The notes under the pieces are model-generated. The model was not told the origin of the DNA and ran no database searches. It worked only from the letters and a program-made list of their open reading frames with translations. A program made the position numbers and the translations under genes. DNA of 63,964 bases, counting the filler, from Licmophora abbreviata (taxonomy: Eukaryota), in the NCBI GenBank assembly GCA_900291995.1. It is 6 parts of 6 records of this genome, joined end to end, with 100 filler letters (N's around TTAATTAATTAA, not from the genome) between each part and the next. Parts side by side here need not be neighbours in the genome. Positions count along the whole stretch, not along the records: positions 25,499 to 43,079 come from OLMU01003924.1; positions 43,180 to 47,142 come from OLMU01003926.1; positions 47,243 to 55,634 come from OLMU01003930.1; 3 more parts are not named here. One strand, given 5' to 3'. Below are positions 38,801 to 48,605 of this stretch, piece by piece; position 1 is the stretch's first letter, and each line of letters begins with the position of its first letter.

Positions 38801-40133
38801 AAATTCGGCAGAAGAGGCACTGACCAGCGATTGGATGCTGGTTGAGGCCGAGTCCCTCATTTCGAGAGATTTGACAAGTGCCCAGTCACAGATCCGGAAA
38901 GCCTTGCCGCTGAATAAGGTCCGCGGAGCTGTCAATGCAGTAAGTTTGATGGATGCCGTTGCAACTTTTGTGGTGATTTTCTGTTGACACGGGCTCACAT
39001 TCTTCCGTCGCTTGTCTTCTTCCGCAGATTATCGCTGCGAACAAACTCAATAAGGCTGGCCTGGCGTTCACATCGACCCTGGGAACACCGGATCAGCTCA
39101 AGACGCGAAAGTCAAAAATGCCTAAGCGGCCGTCCCCCAGCAAGGTTGGCGGAAATGTCGTCGAAGATTCATCCAGTGGAAAGGCGTTTGCCGATCTGTT
39201 TGAGCCAGAAGTACAGGTACGTGAGCAGCTCTCCTTGCCAATATGCTCTTGATTGTACCGATTCCCGCATTGATTCGATACGCTTCCCTCATCCCTTCAC
39301 TTTCAGATTGGACAAGGAGCGTTCTCTCTGACGCTTGAGGCAAAGCACAAGCAGTCGAATATTCGTTACGCAGTCAAGCGCATCGATCGGCGAAACTTGC
39401 ACCCAAACGATGCTATCGCTGTTCAGGATGAGATCGACGCACTTCAGGCGATCGCTGGCTGTCCACAGATTGTTCGTCTGCACGACATTTTCGAAGAGTC
39501 CGACATGACCTACCTCATTCTGGAGAACATGCAGGGCGGTGAACTGATTGACCGAATCATCAAAAGAGCTAACTACACCGAGTATGATGCGAAACAAGTC
39601 TGCGAATCGCTGCTGAAAGGCGTCAAATTTTGTCACAATCAAAAAATTGCCATTCGAAACCTCAAACCGGAGAATCTCCTCCTCGTGTCTCCGGACAATG
39701 ACACCGACGTGAAGATCAGCGACTTTGGCTACGCCAAGAAAGTCCTCTATAAAAACTCCCTGCGCACCCAGTGTGGCACCGAAGGATACGTCGCTCCTGA
39801 GATCTTAGAGCACAAGCCGGCCTACGATGTGAGTTGCGACATGTGGAGTCTTGGCATTGTCATTTACATTCTGTTGGCGGGTACCGTCCATTCCGTGGTG
39901 ACAGCAAGTCAGTCATGCGGCAGATCCGCTACGGCGAATTTGAGTTCCACGAAGCCTACTGGAGGCATGTGTCCGCCGACGCAAAAACTCTAATTCGTCG
40001 CATGATGACAGTAGACGCCGACGAGCGCATCACCGCTCGTGAAGCTCTCAACAGTGCCTGGATCACGGCCGACGACGATGAACTCACTCATTATGACCTG
40101 AGTTCCAACCAAGATCAGCTTCGGGGATTCTAG
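35877..40133 (+). CDS. Multi-exon Ser/Thr kinase with three tandem CaMK-type domains and N-terminal MGC acylation motif; two apparent -1 frameshifts (near 36420 and 39877)
   Basis: Exon 1 (35877-35942) reads MGCNGSK. Three sets of GxGxF, AxK, HRDLKPEN-like, DFG and APE motifs at about 36571, 37911 and 39307. Confidence 0.85.
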
Positions 40134-40203
40134 GGTGTGTCAGTTTGGAAAAGGTCGCATGAAAATGTAAATGTTCAGTGCTTGTATTAGCGTGTATTGA
40201 AGT

Positions 40204-41301
40204 TTACCAGTTCCATATGATCGGCCGCGTGTAGTTGATGAGGTGGGCAATCTCGTCGGTCAATATTCTTGACGTTTTGAAAAATACAGTTTCATTGATG
40301 GACGGCACTCTTCCTCCGTAATAGTCTTGGAGTCGATGTGTAATCCACACGTCGTCTCCCTCACAGGCCCCCGTGTAGTTGGTGAGAGTGGTATCTCGCA
40401 TAATGCTGCGTACAGCGTAACCCGAATTCATAATATGCTTGCTCATGCCCACTTCGTAGCGTTCAATAATACTCCCCTTATCCCCACCTCCTTTCCGACA
40501 GTCATATACCGCCCCGGATTGCAGGACGAGTTCTATGCCTCGTCGGTCCAGCGCATAGGCAATGCTCTGCACGTGCGGTCTAAAATAGTCTTTCACCGGA
40601 TAACAATTGTGCGACACACCCACCAATCGAACTTTTTCATCGAATCGCTGTAGGAAGGCGTCGGTCCAGTGCGACGTGGGTCCCTCTGGAACCGCCGGTC
40701 CCGACGTCCCACAATTGGCAAACACAAAGTAATCATAGTCGGTCACATTGACTCCCGCCACCTCCCCGCTCATGACCCTTCGGACCGACTCCATATCGTA
40801 ACAGATATTCTCCCGCGTGACCATTTTGACAAAGTGCTCACCACTGCACTTGTAGTCTTGCAGTTCGTCGCGATAGTGCACGTATACTTCGTGCGTCACC
40901 ACCAGTACCGTGTCGTGAGTTGTGCAGTCGACTCCGCCGTGGCGTAGAAAGTATTCGAAATTCTTGAGATAGAGTTCGTTCTTGAGCGCCGGAATGCCCG
41001 TGCCAGTCGTATCGAGCGTTGTGGGACCCGAGTAGACGACCAAAATCTTATTCTTGTTTGTAGAAGTAGCACTCAGCCTTTCGTCCTGTCCCGCCATGAT
41101 ATCGAACAGGCTCATGCCGCGGGTGTCCTCACTGACAGTACCAGTATGGAACAGTAGGGTGCCCCAGGATGCCGGAACGTACGGGAGGAACAAATACACG
41201 AGACCACAGCATAGTACCAATGGGGTATACAGCCGACTTGGGAGTAGAGACTGGCGTCGAGTCACCATCGTGCTGCCTTTACTGCCTCGACCGAAACTCA
41301 T
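40204..41301 (-). CDS. Type II membrane protein, putative glycosyltransferase-like
   Basis: N-terminal TM anchor; motifs RENICYD, DYFVFANCG, PHVQS and YEVGMS resemble rhamnan-synthesis/GT-like proteins. Confidence 0.55.
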   Translation of the reverse strand: MSFGRGSKGSTMVTRRQSLLPSRLYTPLVLCCGLVYLFLPYVPASWGTLLFHTGTVSEDTRGMSLFDIMAGQDERLSATSTNKNKILVVYSGPTTLDTTGTGIPALKNELYLKNFEYFLRHGGVDCTTHDTVLVVTHEVYVHYRDELQDYKCSGEHFVKMVTRENICYDMESVRRVMSGEVAGVNVTDYDYFVFANCGTSGPAVPEGPTSHWTDAFLQRFDEKVRLVGVSHNCYPVKDYFRPHVQSIAYALDRRGIELVLQSGAVYDCRKGGGDKGSIIERYEVGMSKHIMNSGYAVRSIMRDTTLTNYTGACEGDDVWITHRLQDYYGGRVPSINETVFFKTSRILTDEIAHLINYTRPIIWNW

Positions 41302-41628
41302 CCTGCTGTATCATAGAGTATCGGTACGATACGCAAAAGTGTGGTCATCCCGAACGCGAACCAAAGCACAGCAGAACACGAATGGGTGCGTTGGGCGCGC
41401 CTGTGAATATAACCCGGAATTTGAATTGCAACGGCTGGCGGTGGATGATGCGACAATGAGGTCACACGAAATTCTTCGATGTTTGGAGCCAGGCGTCAAA
41501 ACTCATGGATGACTGAGGACTGACTTGACGATGATGGCATCGCCCATTCATTGTCGAATGAAAGAGTCGTCTGATGTCACAGCAAAACGTACTCTGCCGA
41601 AGTAGGACTGTAGTAGATCAGCTGCACT

Positions 41629-42856
41629 ATGTCAGTTGACAGCGCAGCCAACAATACTACTACTACTACTACTACTACTAGTGCTACTAGCAGTACCGCC
41701 ATTACACTTGTCCTACAGCGATTTCGAACTACGCGACTGTTGGTGGTGGTCGATAAACACGACGACGACGACAATGAGCGCACAGCTGTGGTGACAGCTG
41801 GAGAGGATAACGAGACAACAACGGCGGATATCTTGATGAGTCCCAGACCAACCGATGCTTCCTCTGGACTACTGGTATATATTTCCTTTGCCAAGTCTGC
41901 GACTCGGTCCAAAGCGAAACTAGCGGCAAGGACGCTTTTGAATCTGCCACTGCTGACGCAAGGTGTCTGGGGAGATGGCATCAGCGAAACGAACAGTCTA
42001 CTGGATATGGCAAGGACCATGTTCAAAAGTAGTCAATCAATACTACCAAGGAAACGAGGCGTTGCAGTCGTGATTGTCCCGCAAGCGAATGTGATTTGCA
42101 AGGTAGGTACTTCACTAATCACTCTAATGTTTAGATCATCATCATGCGCGGACTGACTTACTCTATCCTGCGTGCATCTTGTAGGTACGGGGTCAAGGCA
42201 AATCCATTCAGTACCACGGTCAGAGTGACAAGAAAACTGGAGAGTCTCTGTATGAATACTTTGTCGAATGCGTCAAGGGCATGGTGCTCTTGCATCAACT
42301 CGAGTTTTTCGAGGACGAACATAAGGATGTACAACAAGTGCCCGACTGGCTCATGGAGTACGCGACAATGGATGAGAAGAACAAGAACAAGAGTGCGACA
42401 GTAGGCAACGAAAGCAACAATGCACAGGTCTCCAGCAGCGTCCCCCCGGACCAACTATTTCGTCAAGACGCCAGCAACAACGACAACAAGTACGCTTCCT
42501 TTGACGACAGGACTGGGTTGCCGCTGACAGACTCACGCGGCGAGCCACTGACCAAGTCGGCCACCAAGAAACTGCGAAAACGAATGGAGGCTCATAGGAA
42601 GCGACATGAAACGTACTTGAAGAAAATGAAAGAGTTTAGCATCGACGATAGTAAGACCAATGATGAGTCGGAGACACCAAAAGAGGAAGCTCAAATTCGA
42701 CTGCCACAATCTTCTCCTTGTATGCAGAATGTCAAAGACAAATGGAGCGCTCTGGATTCATCCTTTATTCATGTCGTTGACGGCTCCTTTGGGAAGCGGC
42801 AGGGATTGGAATTCATGTCGGATATGGGGCCCTTTTGCCATGTCGTGAACGTGTGA
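41629..42856 (+). CDS. DTD2: ATD/DTD2-type aminoacyl-tRNA deacylase with a large internal insertion; intron 42103-42184
   Basis: Motifs LVLQR, GLLVYISF, TLLNLPL, VIVPQANV, SIQYH, GESLYEYFV, GSFGKRQ and GPFCH are colinear with human DTD2/ATD (PQATL, MQYH, GTYGNRQ, GPFTH). Confidence 0.8.
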
Positions 42857-42948
42857 TTGTGCGCAATATAAGTTGACTATAGCATAATATCATTGAACTT
42901 CTGATTGGTTTCCATGCACATGTGTAAGCAATCGTCAAGGATGATGGC

Positions 42949-42954
42949 AAAAAA
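42949..42954 (-). terminator. Pol III oligo-T terminator of tRNA-Ser
   Basis: T6 run 4 nt after the tRNA 3' end. Confidence 0.75.
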
Positions 42955-42958
42955 TATG

Positions 42959-43040
42959 CGACACGGGCAGGACTCGAACCTACGCGGGATGAACCCAGTG
43001 CATTTCGAGTGCACCGCCTTAACCACTCGGCCACCGTGTC
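42959..43040 (-). tRNA. tRNA-Ser, anticodon CGA
   Basis: Cloverleaf: acceptor GACACGG/CCGTGTC, D-arm TGGCCGAGTGGTTAAGG, anticodon stem GTGCA-CTCGAAA-TGCAC, long variable arm, GGTTCGAGTCC, discriminator G. Confidence 0.96.
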
Positions 43041-43067
43041 CTAGTACTGGAGAGGGGCCACTTTCTG

Positions 43068-43076
43068 TATATATAC
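43068..43076 (-). promoter_or_regulatory. TATA-like element upstream of tRNA-Ser
   Basis: TATATATA about 28-36 nt upstream of the tRNA 5' end. Confidence 0.5.
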
Positions 43077-43079
43077 TTT

Positions 43080-43179
43080 NNNNNNNNNNNNNNNNNNNNN
43101 NNNNNNNNNNNNNNNNNNNNNNNTTAATTAATTAANNNNNNNNNNNNNNNNNNNNNNNNNNNNNNNNNNNNNNNNNNNN
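43080..43179. other. Artificial contig linker/gap
   Basis: 44 N + TTAATTAATTAA + 44 N. Confidence 0.97.
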
Positions 43180-43403
43180 TTTACCACTCCCTCTACATGT
43201 TGGCCAAGGGTAACCAGTTCAAGAACAAGCGTGTCTTGGTCGACACCATTCACGAGATGAAGTCTGTTCAGGCGCAGGAGAAGGCATTGAAGGAACAGGC
43301 GGAAGCGCGTAAAGGACGCGCCAAGGCTCGTTTGGAGCGCAAGGCGGCGCGGGAAGCCAAGAAGGCGGCCGATGCTGCTGCGGAGGAACAAGCAAGTAGC
43401 TAA
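43180..43403 (+). CDS. RPL19: 60S ribosomal protein eL19, 3' fragment
   Basis: YHSLYMLAKGNQFKNKRVL..IH...EKAL.EQAEAR. Confidence 0.92.
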
Positions 43404-43702
43404 AGGCGAGAGAGTTTAGCTTTGAAAGATCAATCAATCTATCTAATGGTTTAGCGGTTTGTTGAATACATGACTAAGAAGTGTGTCGCAGGGCATAGAT
43501 CTTACATCATCATCGCTGTCTGAAAGCGGACCACACTGAATCGCTGAGTATTTCGTTCTCGTCTCTGGTTTTGCTTCTCAGATCGCGCCACGTCACATGA
43601 ACTGATATCGTAGTCGACCCCGTTCGCTGTTCACTATGTTGCATTATCGGTGCGATCGGCCATGCGTCGTCGATTGTTTCAACAACCCTTGTTCCATTCA
43701 CC

Positions 43703-44471
43703 ATGCGCTACTCTACATCCATGGCCCCAGCGTTGGCGTTACTAGTGCTGCTGCACACGGCGTCCTCGTTTGGTGTGGCGCCACAACATTCTCACCTGCA
43801 GCGGCATCACCAATCCAATAGTATGGCTCGCACCAGCATCCAAAGCAGGCCCCTCCGACTTTTCTTTGACCAGGACGATACGCTTACCAGCACTACGACT
43901 CCGTGTCCGCTACTGCCTACACCGGAGGATGTGGAAGCGACGGCAGATTTTGCCATGGGATGATTTTGGGGCCCACAACGCGATTTCGAAAATGGCGTTG
44001 CGGGCATTGTGGACACAGTAGTCGGCTACTCTGGAAGTCAAGATGCCGAGGCGAGACCCTTTCCCACCTATCGAAAGATTCACGACTGTACGTATAGTGT
44101 GTAGGAATATGCGTTTGCATAGGATAGCATGTGCCGTGTGACGAGGTTTGGTCTAATCCTCTGTTGTTGTTGTTGTTGTACATACCATTCTCATCATAGA
44201 CGCCGAGTCCATTCGGGTACACTTTGATCCGCGCAAGGTGCAGTACGTCGATCTATTGGATATGTTCTTTGCGTTCCATACACCGGCAGATCCTCGATGG
44301 GCAGGCACACAGTATCGCTCTGCCATCTTTGTGTACACGCCCGAGCAGCGTGCATTGGCGGAAGCGGCTGTCAAGTCGAAAGGCGCTTTGGGAAAGTACG
44401 TTGCCATTGAGGACGCGTCGGATTTTTACAAGGCGGAAGAGTACCATCAGCGATACTTGGACAAGCTATAG
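43703..44471 (+). CDS. MSRA: Selenocysteine-containing peptide methionine sulfoxide reductase A with plastid-type presequence; Sec TGA at 43961-43963; intron 44088-44199
   Basis: FAMG*FWG corresponds to the GCFWG active site, followed in frame by VVGYSG, PTY, YAESIRVHFDP, GTQYRSAIF and FYKAEEYHQRY. Confidence 0.92.
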
Positions 44472-44506
44472 AGAGAGGATCTCTACGTTGGCACGACGGT
44501 TCTTCT

Positions 44507-44588
44507 TGAGATAGTGTACTGGAATGACGGGCGGGCTGTGCTGCACTGTAAAGACGCAGCGCCCCACTCTGACAAACGTACCGTCTCA
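44507..44588 (+). promoter_or_regulatory. SECIS-like element in the MsrA 3' UTR
   Basis: ATGAC (44524) and TGAC (44570) quartet. Helix II GGG-C-GGG-CT-GTGCTGC pairs with GCAGCGC-CCC-A-CTC; apical loop ACTGTAAAGAC. Helix I TGAGAT..GTAC pairs with GTAC..GTCTCA. Confidence 0.75.
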
Positions 44589-44689
44589 TGTCGAAGCTAT
44601 TCCTTCCACGTCCAGCATAGTCGCACTGTCGTACAACAGAAAGATAGTCAGTCTGTATCATTGTGTAATTCCCCTTTTTAAAAATAAAA

Positions 44690-45910
44690 TCAGACTTCCG
44701 CCCGATGTTCCGTAGCAGGCTCATCGTCCTCGTCAATGCTAAAGATATTCTGCCGACGGTATATTCCGCTGGCAAAGTTGGGACTGTCAACGTCGATTCC
44801 ATACACATTGGACCACGCCTCTCGCGTCGACTTGCGATGCCGTCCACCCCCCGTTGCTGTAGACGCGACCACCCTGATCGGAATTTCCCCGTCGTCTCCC
44901 TGAAAATACTCAAACCCGTCGTCCTCTGGACATGTCAGTTCCGAATCGTCGGTCGTTCGCTCATCCCCGACATGTCCGGCCATGGAACCCGTTACCAAGT
45001 GTATCTGATTCGCTCTGCCATACTTTGGATTCTCAGGAGACAGCATGGGCAAGTCTCCCATGAGCAGATAGTTTCCCAAGACGAGTTGTACAAAGACACA
45101 GGCGTACCCGACCCAATCCCTCACGACCTTGTAATCTTGCCATACAATCATCCCCGTCATGGCATTGACAATGATCAAGGCAGAAGCATTGAGCGGCGTG
45201 AACATGTTTTGCTGCACTGCCGAGGCCTGCACAATGAGTGCGTACGTAATGACCAGTCCACTGGAAATCTTGAGTCCAATAGCGGATAGGAGCAGCATGG
45301 TGCTAATGTCGAGGACCATGAGTTTCGATACGGTCAGGTTGACGGAAAACGAAGTTGCTCGAGCCACAAGTAAGAGCCCTATTCTGTACGTGTGGCCCAG
45401 TTTGGAAACGTCCAAGAGGACCAAGAGTACGGCCGAAATGGTCATGCCCACGACGAGAAAGGCGCTCCAGAGAAGGGAGTGCCACTGATCGAGGAGGAGA
45501 GGTTCTATGTCTTGATTCTCTTGAGCAGCAGGACCAACAATCGGCAGGAGCACGACCCCAATCATGACAACAAAGGTACCGACCCGCATATCCTTGTTGA
45601 AAGATTCCAGACCGAGCAAGGATCCAAAGACGACCATGTTTGCAATCAGCTGAGTTCCCAGAAAGACGGGACCGACGAGCGAAACAGGCCCGAACCAGGT
45701 TGCCACTAGATTTCCTAGCATGGATGAAGTCACTTGCAGAGTCACGTTCGCAGCGATGGCTCCGACTGAGGCGTTCTTGCACCAGTGGACGCCAGTCTCT
45801 CTTTCGTTGGCATCCCTGTACGCAAGCAGCGCCGTCGCCAAGACTTCGATGGCTCCGCCGACTGCAGCGAAGCCTATACAAAGCGGGGTCGACTGAGCGA
45901 AATTACCCAT
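44690..45910 (-). CDS. NIPA/DMT-superfamily membrane transporter (Mg2+ transporter-like)
   Basis: About nine TM helices; 'WFGPVSLVGPV...QLIAN...LGLE' resembles the NIPA 'FAPAILVTPL' motif. Confidence 0.7.
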   Translation of the reverse strand: MGNFAQSTPLCIGFAAVGGAIEVLATALLAYRDANERETGVHWCKNASVGAIAANVTLQVTSSMLGNLVATWFGPVSLVGPVFLGTQLIANMVVFGSLLGLESFNKDMRVGTFVVMIGVVLLPIVGPAAQENQDIEPLLLDQWHSLLWSAFLVVGMTISAVLLVLLDVSKLGHTYRIGLLLVARATSFSVNLTVSKLMVLDISTMLLLSAIGLKISSGLVITYALIVQASAVQQNMFTPLNASALIIVNAMTGMIVWQDYKVVRDWVGYACVFVQLVLGNYLLMGDLPMLSPENPKYGRANQIHLVTGSMAGHVGDERTTDDSELTCPEDDGFEYFQGDDGEIPIRVVASTATGGGRHRKSTREAWSNVYGIDVDSPNFASGIYRRQNIFSIDEDDEPATEHRAEV

Positions 45911-46433
45911 TTCGGCTCGTCTTGAATTTTAGTATACGAAGAAAGATTCTCGCCTTTTCCTTGCTGTGTATTGTGATGCTTTCTTCGAGTGATAAGGTCG
46001 TGATTACAACGCGCCGATGACAACAACGACGACGACGACGACGTGATGATGTCGGTTGTGTCATGATAAGATGCTGTGCTGCTCTGGTCATCACATCACG
46101 TAATGTCGCCGCGCGTCGGTCCGGCGAGCGATCACAACATTTGAAAGTTGCTGCGCGCTGGACGAACTCGCACTGCTGACGCAAATGTACTTTCTACCAT
46201 CCTTTGCCACGACACTTGTGCATTGAACTTGTTCATCCATATCAACTAGCCAAACAACAGATGCGTTGTACCATTCTAGTGCAGTCAAATACAGATTGCT
46301 AGTAACCACCATCGTAGCAGGGTTCGTATCGCGTACGATGAGCACCTGTACTGTAACCCAGGCTATTGATTCGATTCTCGTTCAACGCCCTGATCTGTTC
46401 GTCTCAGAGACTTCAGTTAAGATTCTACTCGTA

Positions 46434-47107
46434 TCATCGACCCAACATTGCGCTTTGCAGATCATCTGCAGATATGCTATACCGAAGAGAAGCTCCAGAA
46501 ACGTTCAAAACAGCATCGATTCGATCCTGCAGCACCCTCGTGTCATCGTCCGGAGGCACAAACGACGCCCCAATCCGTACTACTCGTCCTTTCCTCGGCG
46601 GTGCCGTACTTGCAAAGACCATTCCTTCTCGCTGAATGTCACGTGGACTAAAGGCTCCCTGTAGATTTTTGGCCAATGGTGAATACAAGACAATCGTCCT
46701 ATCATTGTCGTCACCCTCTCTCGTAGAGATACTTCTTGGGCAGAGTTGCGCTTCGACACCCGTGTTCGTCACAGGCTGATATCCAAACGTATGTTGTAAG
46801 ACAAGGGCCAAGAGAGGTTTTTGAATCACACCAGTGGTCGGAGTCAACCGACTGTACAAACACAAATGCATCCAGATGGCTAGAAAGACTTTGGACAAGC
46901 CCTGTTTACGGTGAAGTGGATCGATATAGACTCCCAGCAGCTGACTCCTCCTTGTAGTGTCGACACCACTGTGCATCGTCGGTGTCATGAGCAAGTATCC
47001 CAGTTTGGTCGTACGTTCCAATAGTATCAGAGAGATGCCATTCTTGGCAGGATTGCGATGAGGCTGAAGAGCTACCGTCAATCGCATTGTCGTCGCTGAT
47101 GCCGACT

Positions 47108-47141
<34 letters not shown>

Positions 47142-47142
47142 G
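46434..47142 (-). CDS. GNAT-like domain protein, 5' end lost in gap
   Basis: 'LLGVYIDPLHRKQGLSK' acetyl-CoA binding motif; frame continues upstream through an (AAC)n repeat to the gap. Confidence 0.6.
47110..47142. repeat. (TTG)n microsatellite at contig end
   Basis: About 11 TTG units running into the gap. Confidence 0.9.
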
Positions 47143-47242
47143 NNNNNNNNNNNNNNNNNNNNNNNNNNNNNNNNNNNNNNNNNNNNTTAATTAATTAANN
47201 NNNNNNNNNNNNNNNNNNNNNNNNNNNNNNNNNNNNNNNNNN
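47143..47242. other. Artificial contig linker/gap
   Basis: 44 N + TTAATTAATTAA + 44 N. Confidence 0.97.
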
Positions 47243-47485
47243 CCCTCTGGCCTGTTTGAGGTGGACCTTGAGAATAAGTACAACGACGAAGTCTTTGCGT
47301 TCGATCGGACGAGGAGTCGGTTGGAGGAAATGGGATCGGACGAGTACTTGCAACAACGATGGACGGGTAACAAGTCATCAAGAGGCGAGGGGGACAGCCA
47401 GGCAACGGTGAAAGTGTTGCTGGAGCCGAGCCTTTCGGACAATACGGTCGACTCGGAACCTCCCATTGGCAGAGGAGTTGTGTAA
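47243..47485 (+). CDS. 3' fragment of an unknown protein
   Basis: Open frame from the gap to TAA, convergent with BUD32. Confidence 0.45.
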   Translation, partial: PSGLFEVDLENKYNDEVFAFDRTRSRLEEMGSDEYLQQRWTGNKSSRGEGDSQATVKVLLEPSLSDNTVDSEPPIGRGVV

Positions 47486-47534
47486 ACAGAATTCAATTTT
47501 GTAATCGAAGAATAGTATTGACATATTCTCATGT

Positions 47535-48329
47535 TTACCCAAAACACTCTCGTTTTCTTCCTCGCTGCCGCACTTGTTCCAGTCGTTGTAATACAGCATT
47601 GCTTTTCTGCGCATGGACCTTGTAGGCATCCAGCACTGCGTCCATAAACTTTCGTTCCTGCAATTCCGGATGTGTCGATAAGAGCGCTCGTTCCAAGACA
47701 TACAAGTCAACCCCCAGCTCTTCCACACTGCTGGTGATCCGTGCCAGTCCAAAGTCAATCAAACAAATCGTGTTGTCATCAGTAGTAGCTGCGTCCACCA
47801 TTATCATCATGTTGGATGTGGTGAGATCGCCGTGCATAACTCCAGCATTGTGTGTTTTGGCAATGAGTTCTCCCATGTTTGAAGCAAGCGACGCATAGAT
47901 CGACTCGTTTGTGTTTTGTTCCTTGATGACACTGGTCAAATGCTGTCGCACTGTCGTGCCATGAATGTATTCGAGGTAGAGTGCGTTTCCGTGAACACCG
48001 TATACCGCAGGACACTGCACGCCGCGCTGTCGACACCTGTGAATGCACTTGACTTCGGACTTGACCCGCTGTTTGGTAAGTTTGGCGTCGAGAGTGGGAT
48101 GCCTGTATGCTTTACTGAAACGCTCCTTGGCAATACAAGGCAGTGCAGAAGTCGTAGCTGTAGAAGCAGTTTCACCACTGATGGGTGTACTCGTAGTAGG
48201 AAGGTAGTTTGGAATCTTCCATATGCGTGCCTCGGCGCCTTGAGATATGCATTCCCAGTCTGACTGAGGTTCGAAATGGAAGTTAATTGTCGTTGCCTTT
48301 GACATGCTGGGAGTGTGGGACCTTTGCAT
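47535..48329 (-). CDS. BUD32: KEOPS kinase Bud32/PRPK
   Basis: Motifs QGAEA, KERFSKAYRHPTLD, HGDLTTSNM, IDFGL, VDLYVLERA and VRQRGRKR. Confidence 0.95.
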   Translation of the reverse strand: MQRSHTPSMSKATTINFHFEPQSDWECISQGAEARIWKIPNYLPTTSTPISGETASTATTSALPCIAKERFSKAYRHPTLDAKLTKQRVKSEVKCIHRCRQRGVQCPAVYGVHGNALYLEYIHGTTVRQHLTSVIKEQNTNESIYASLASNMGELIAKTHNAGVMHGDLTTSNMMIMVDAATTDDNTICLIDFGLARITSSVEELGVDLYVLERALLSTHPELQERKFMDAVLDAYKVHAQKSNAVLQRLEQVRQRGRKRECFG

Positions 48330-48605
48330 GAATCGAGAGGGGAACGTCTATGATACCCTTGGAACAGCTCCAGCATGCAAGATGGTACGATAGCCGCAAG
48401 ATGAACCCAACTCTCTCTCTCCCGGGGTGCGACACGTTTCAATGGCGACAATTTGAGACGCTCGAATACCGGTGCGACACAAAAAGTATCATGATACTAC
48501 ATTCTCACCATTTGAAACTCCAATTTGAAATTGACTTGGCCAGCGCAACCACAACAATGATGGCACACATCATCTTTGACGTGAAAACCACAACTTTCGG
48601 GGACC

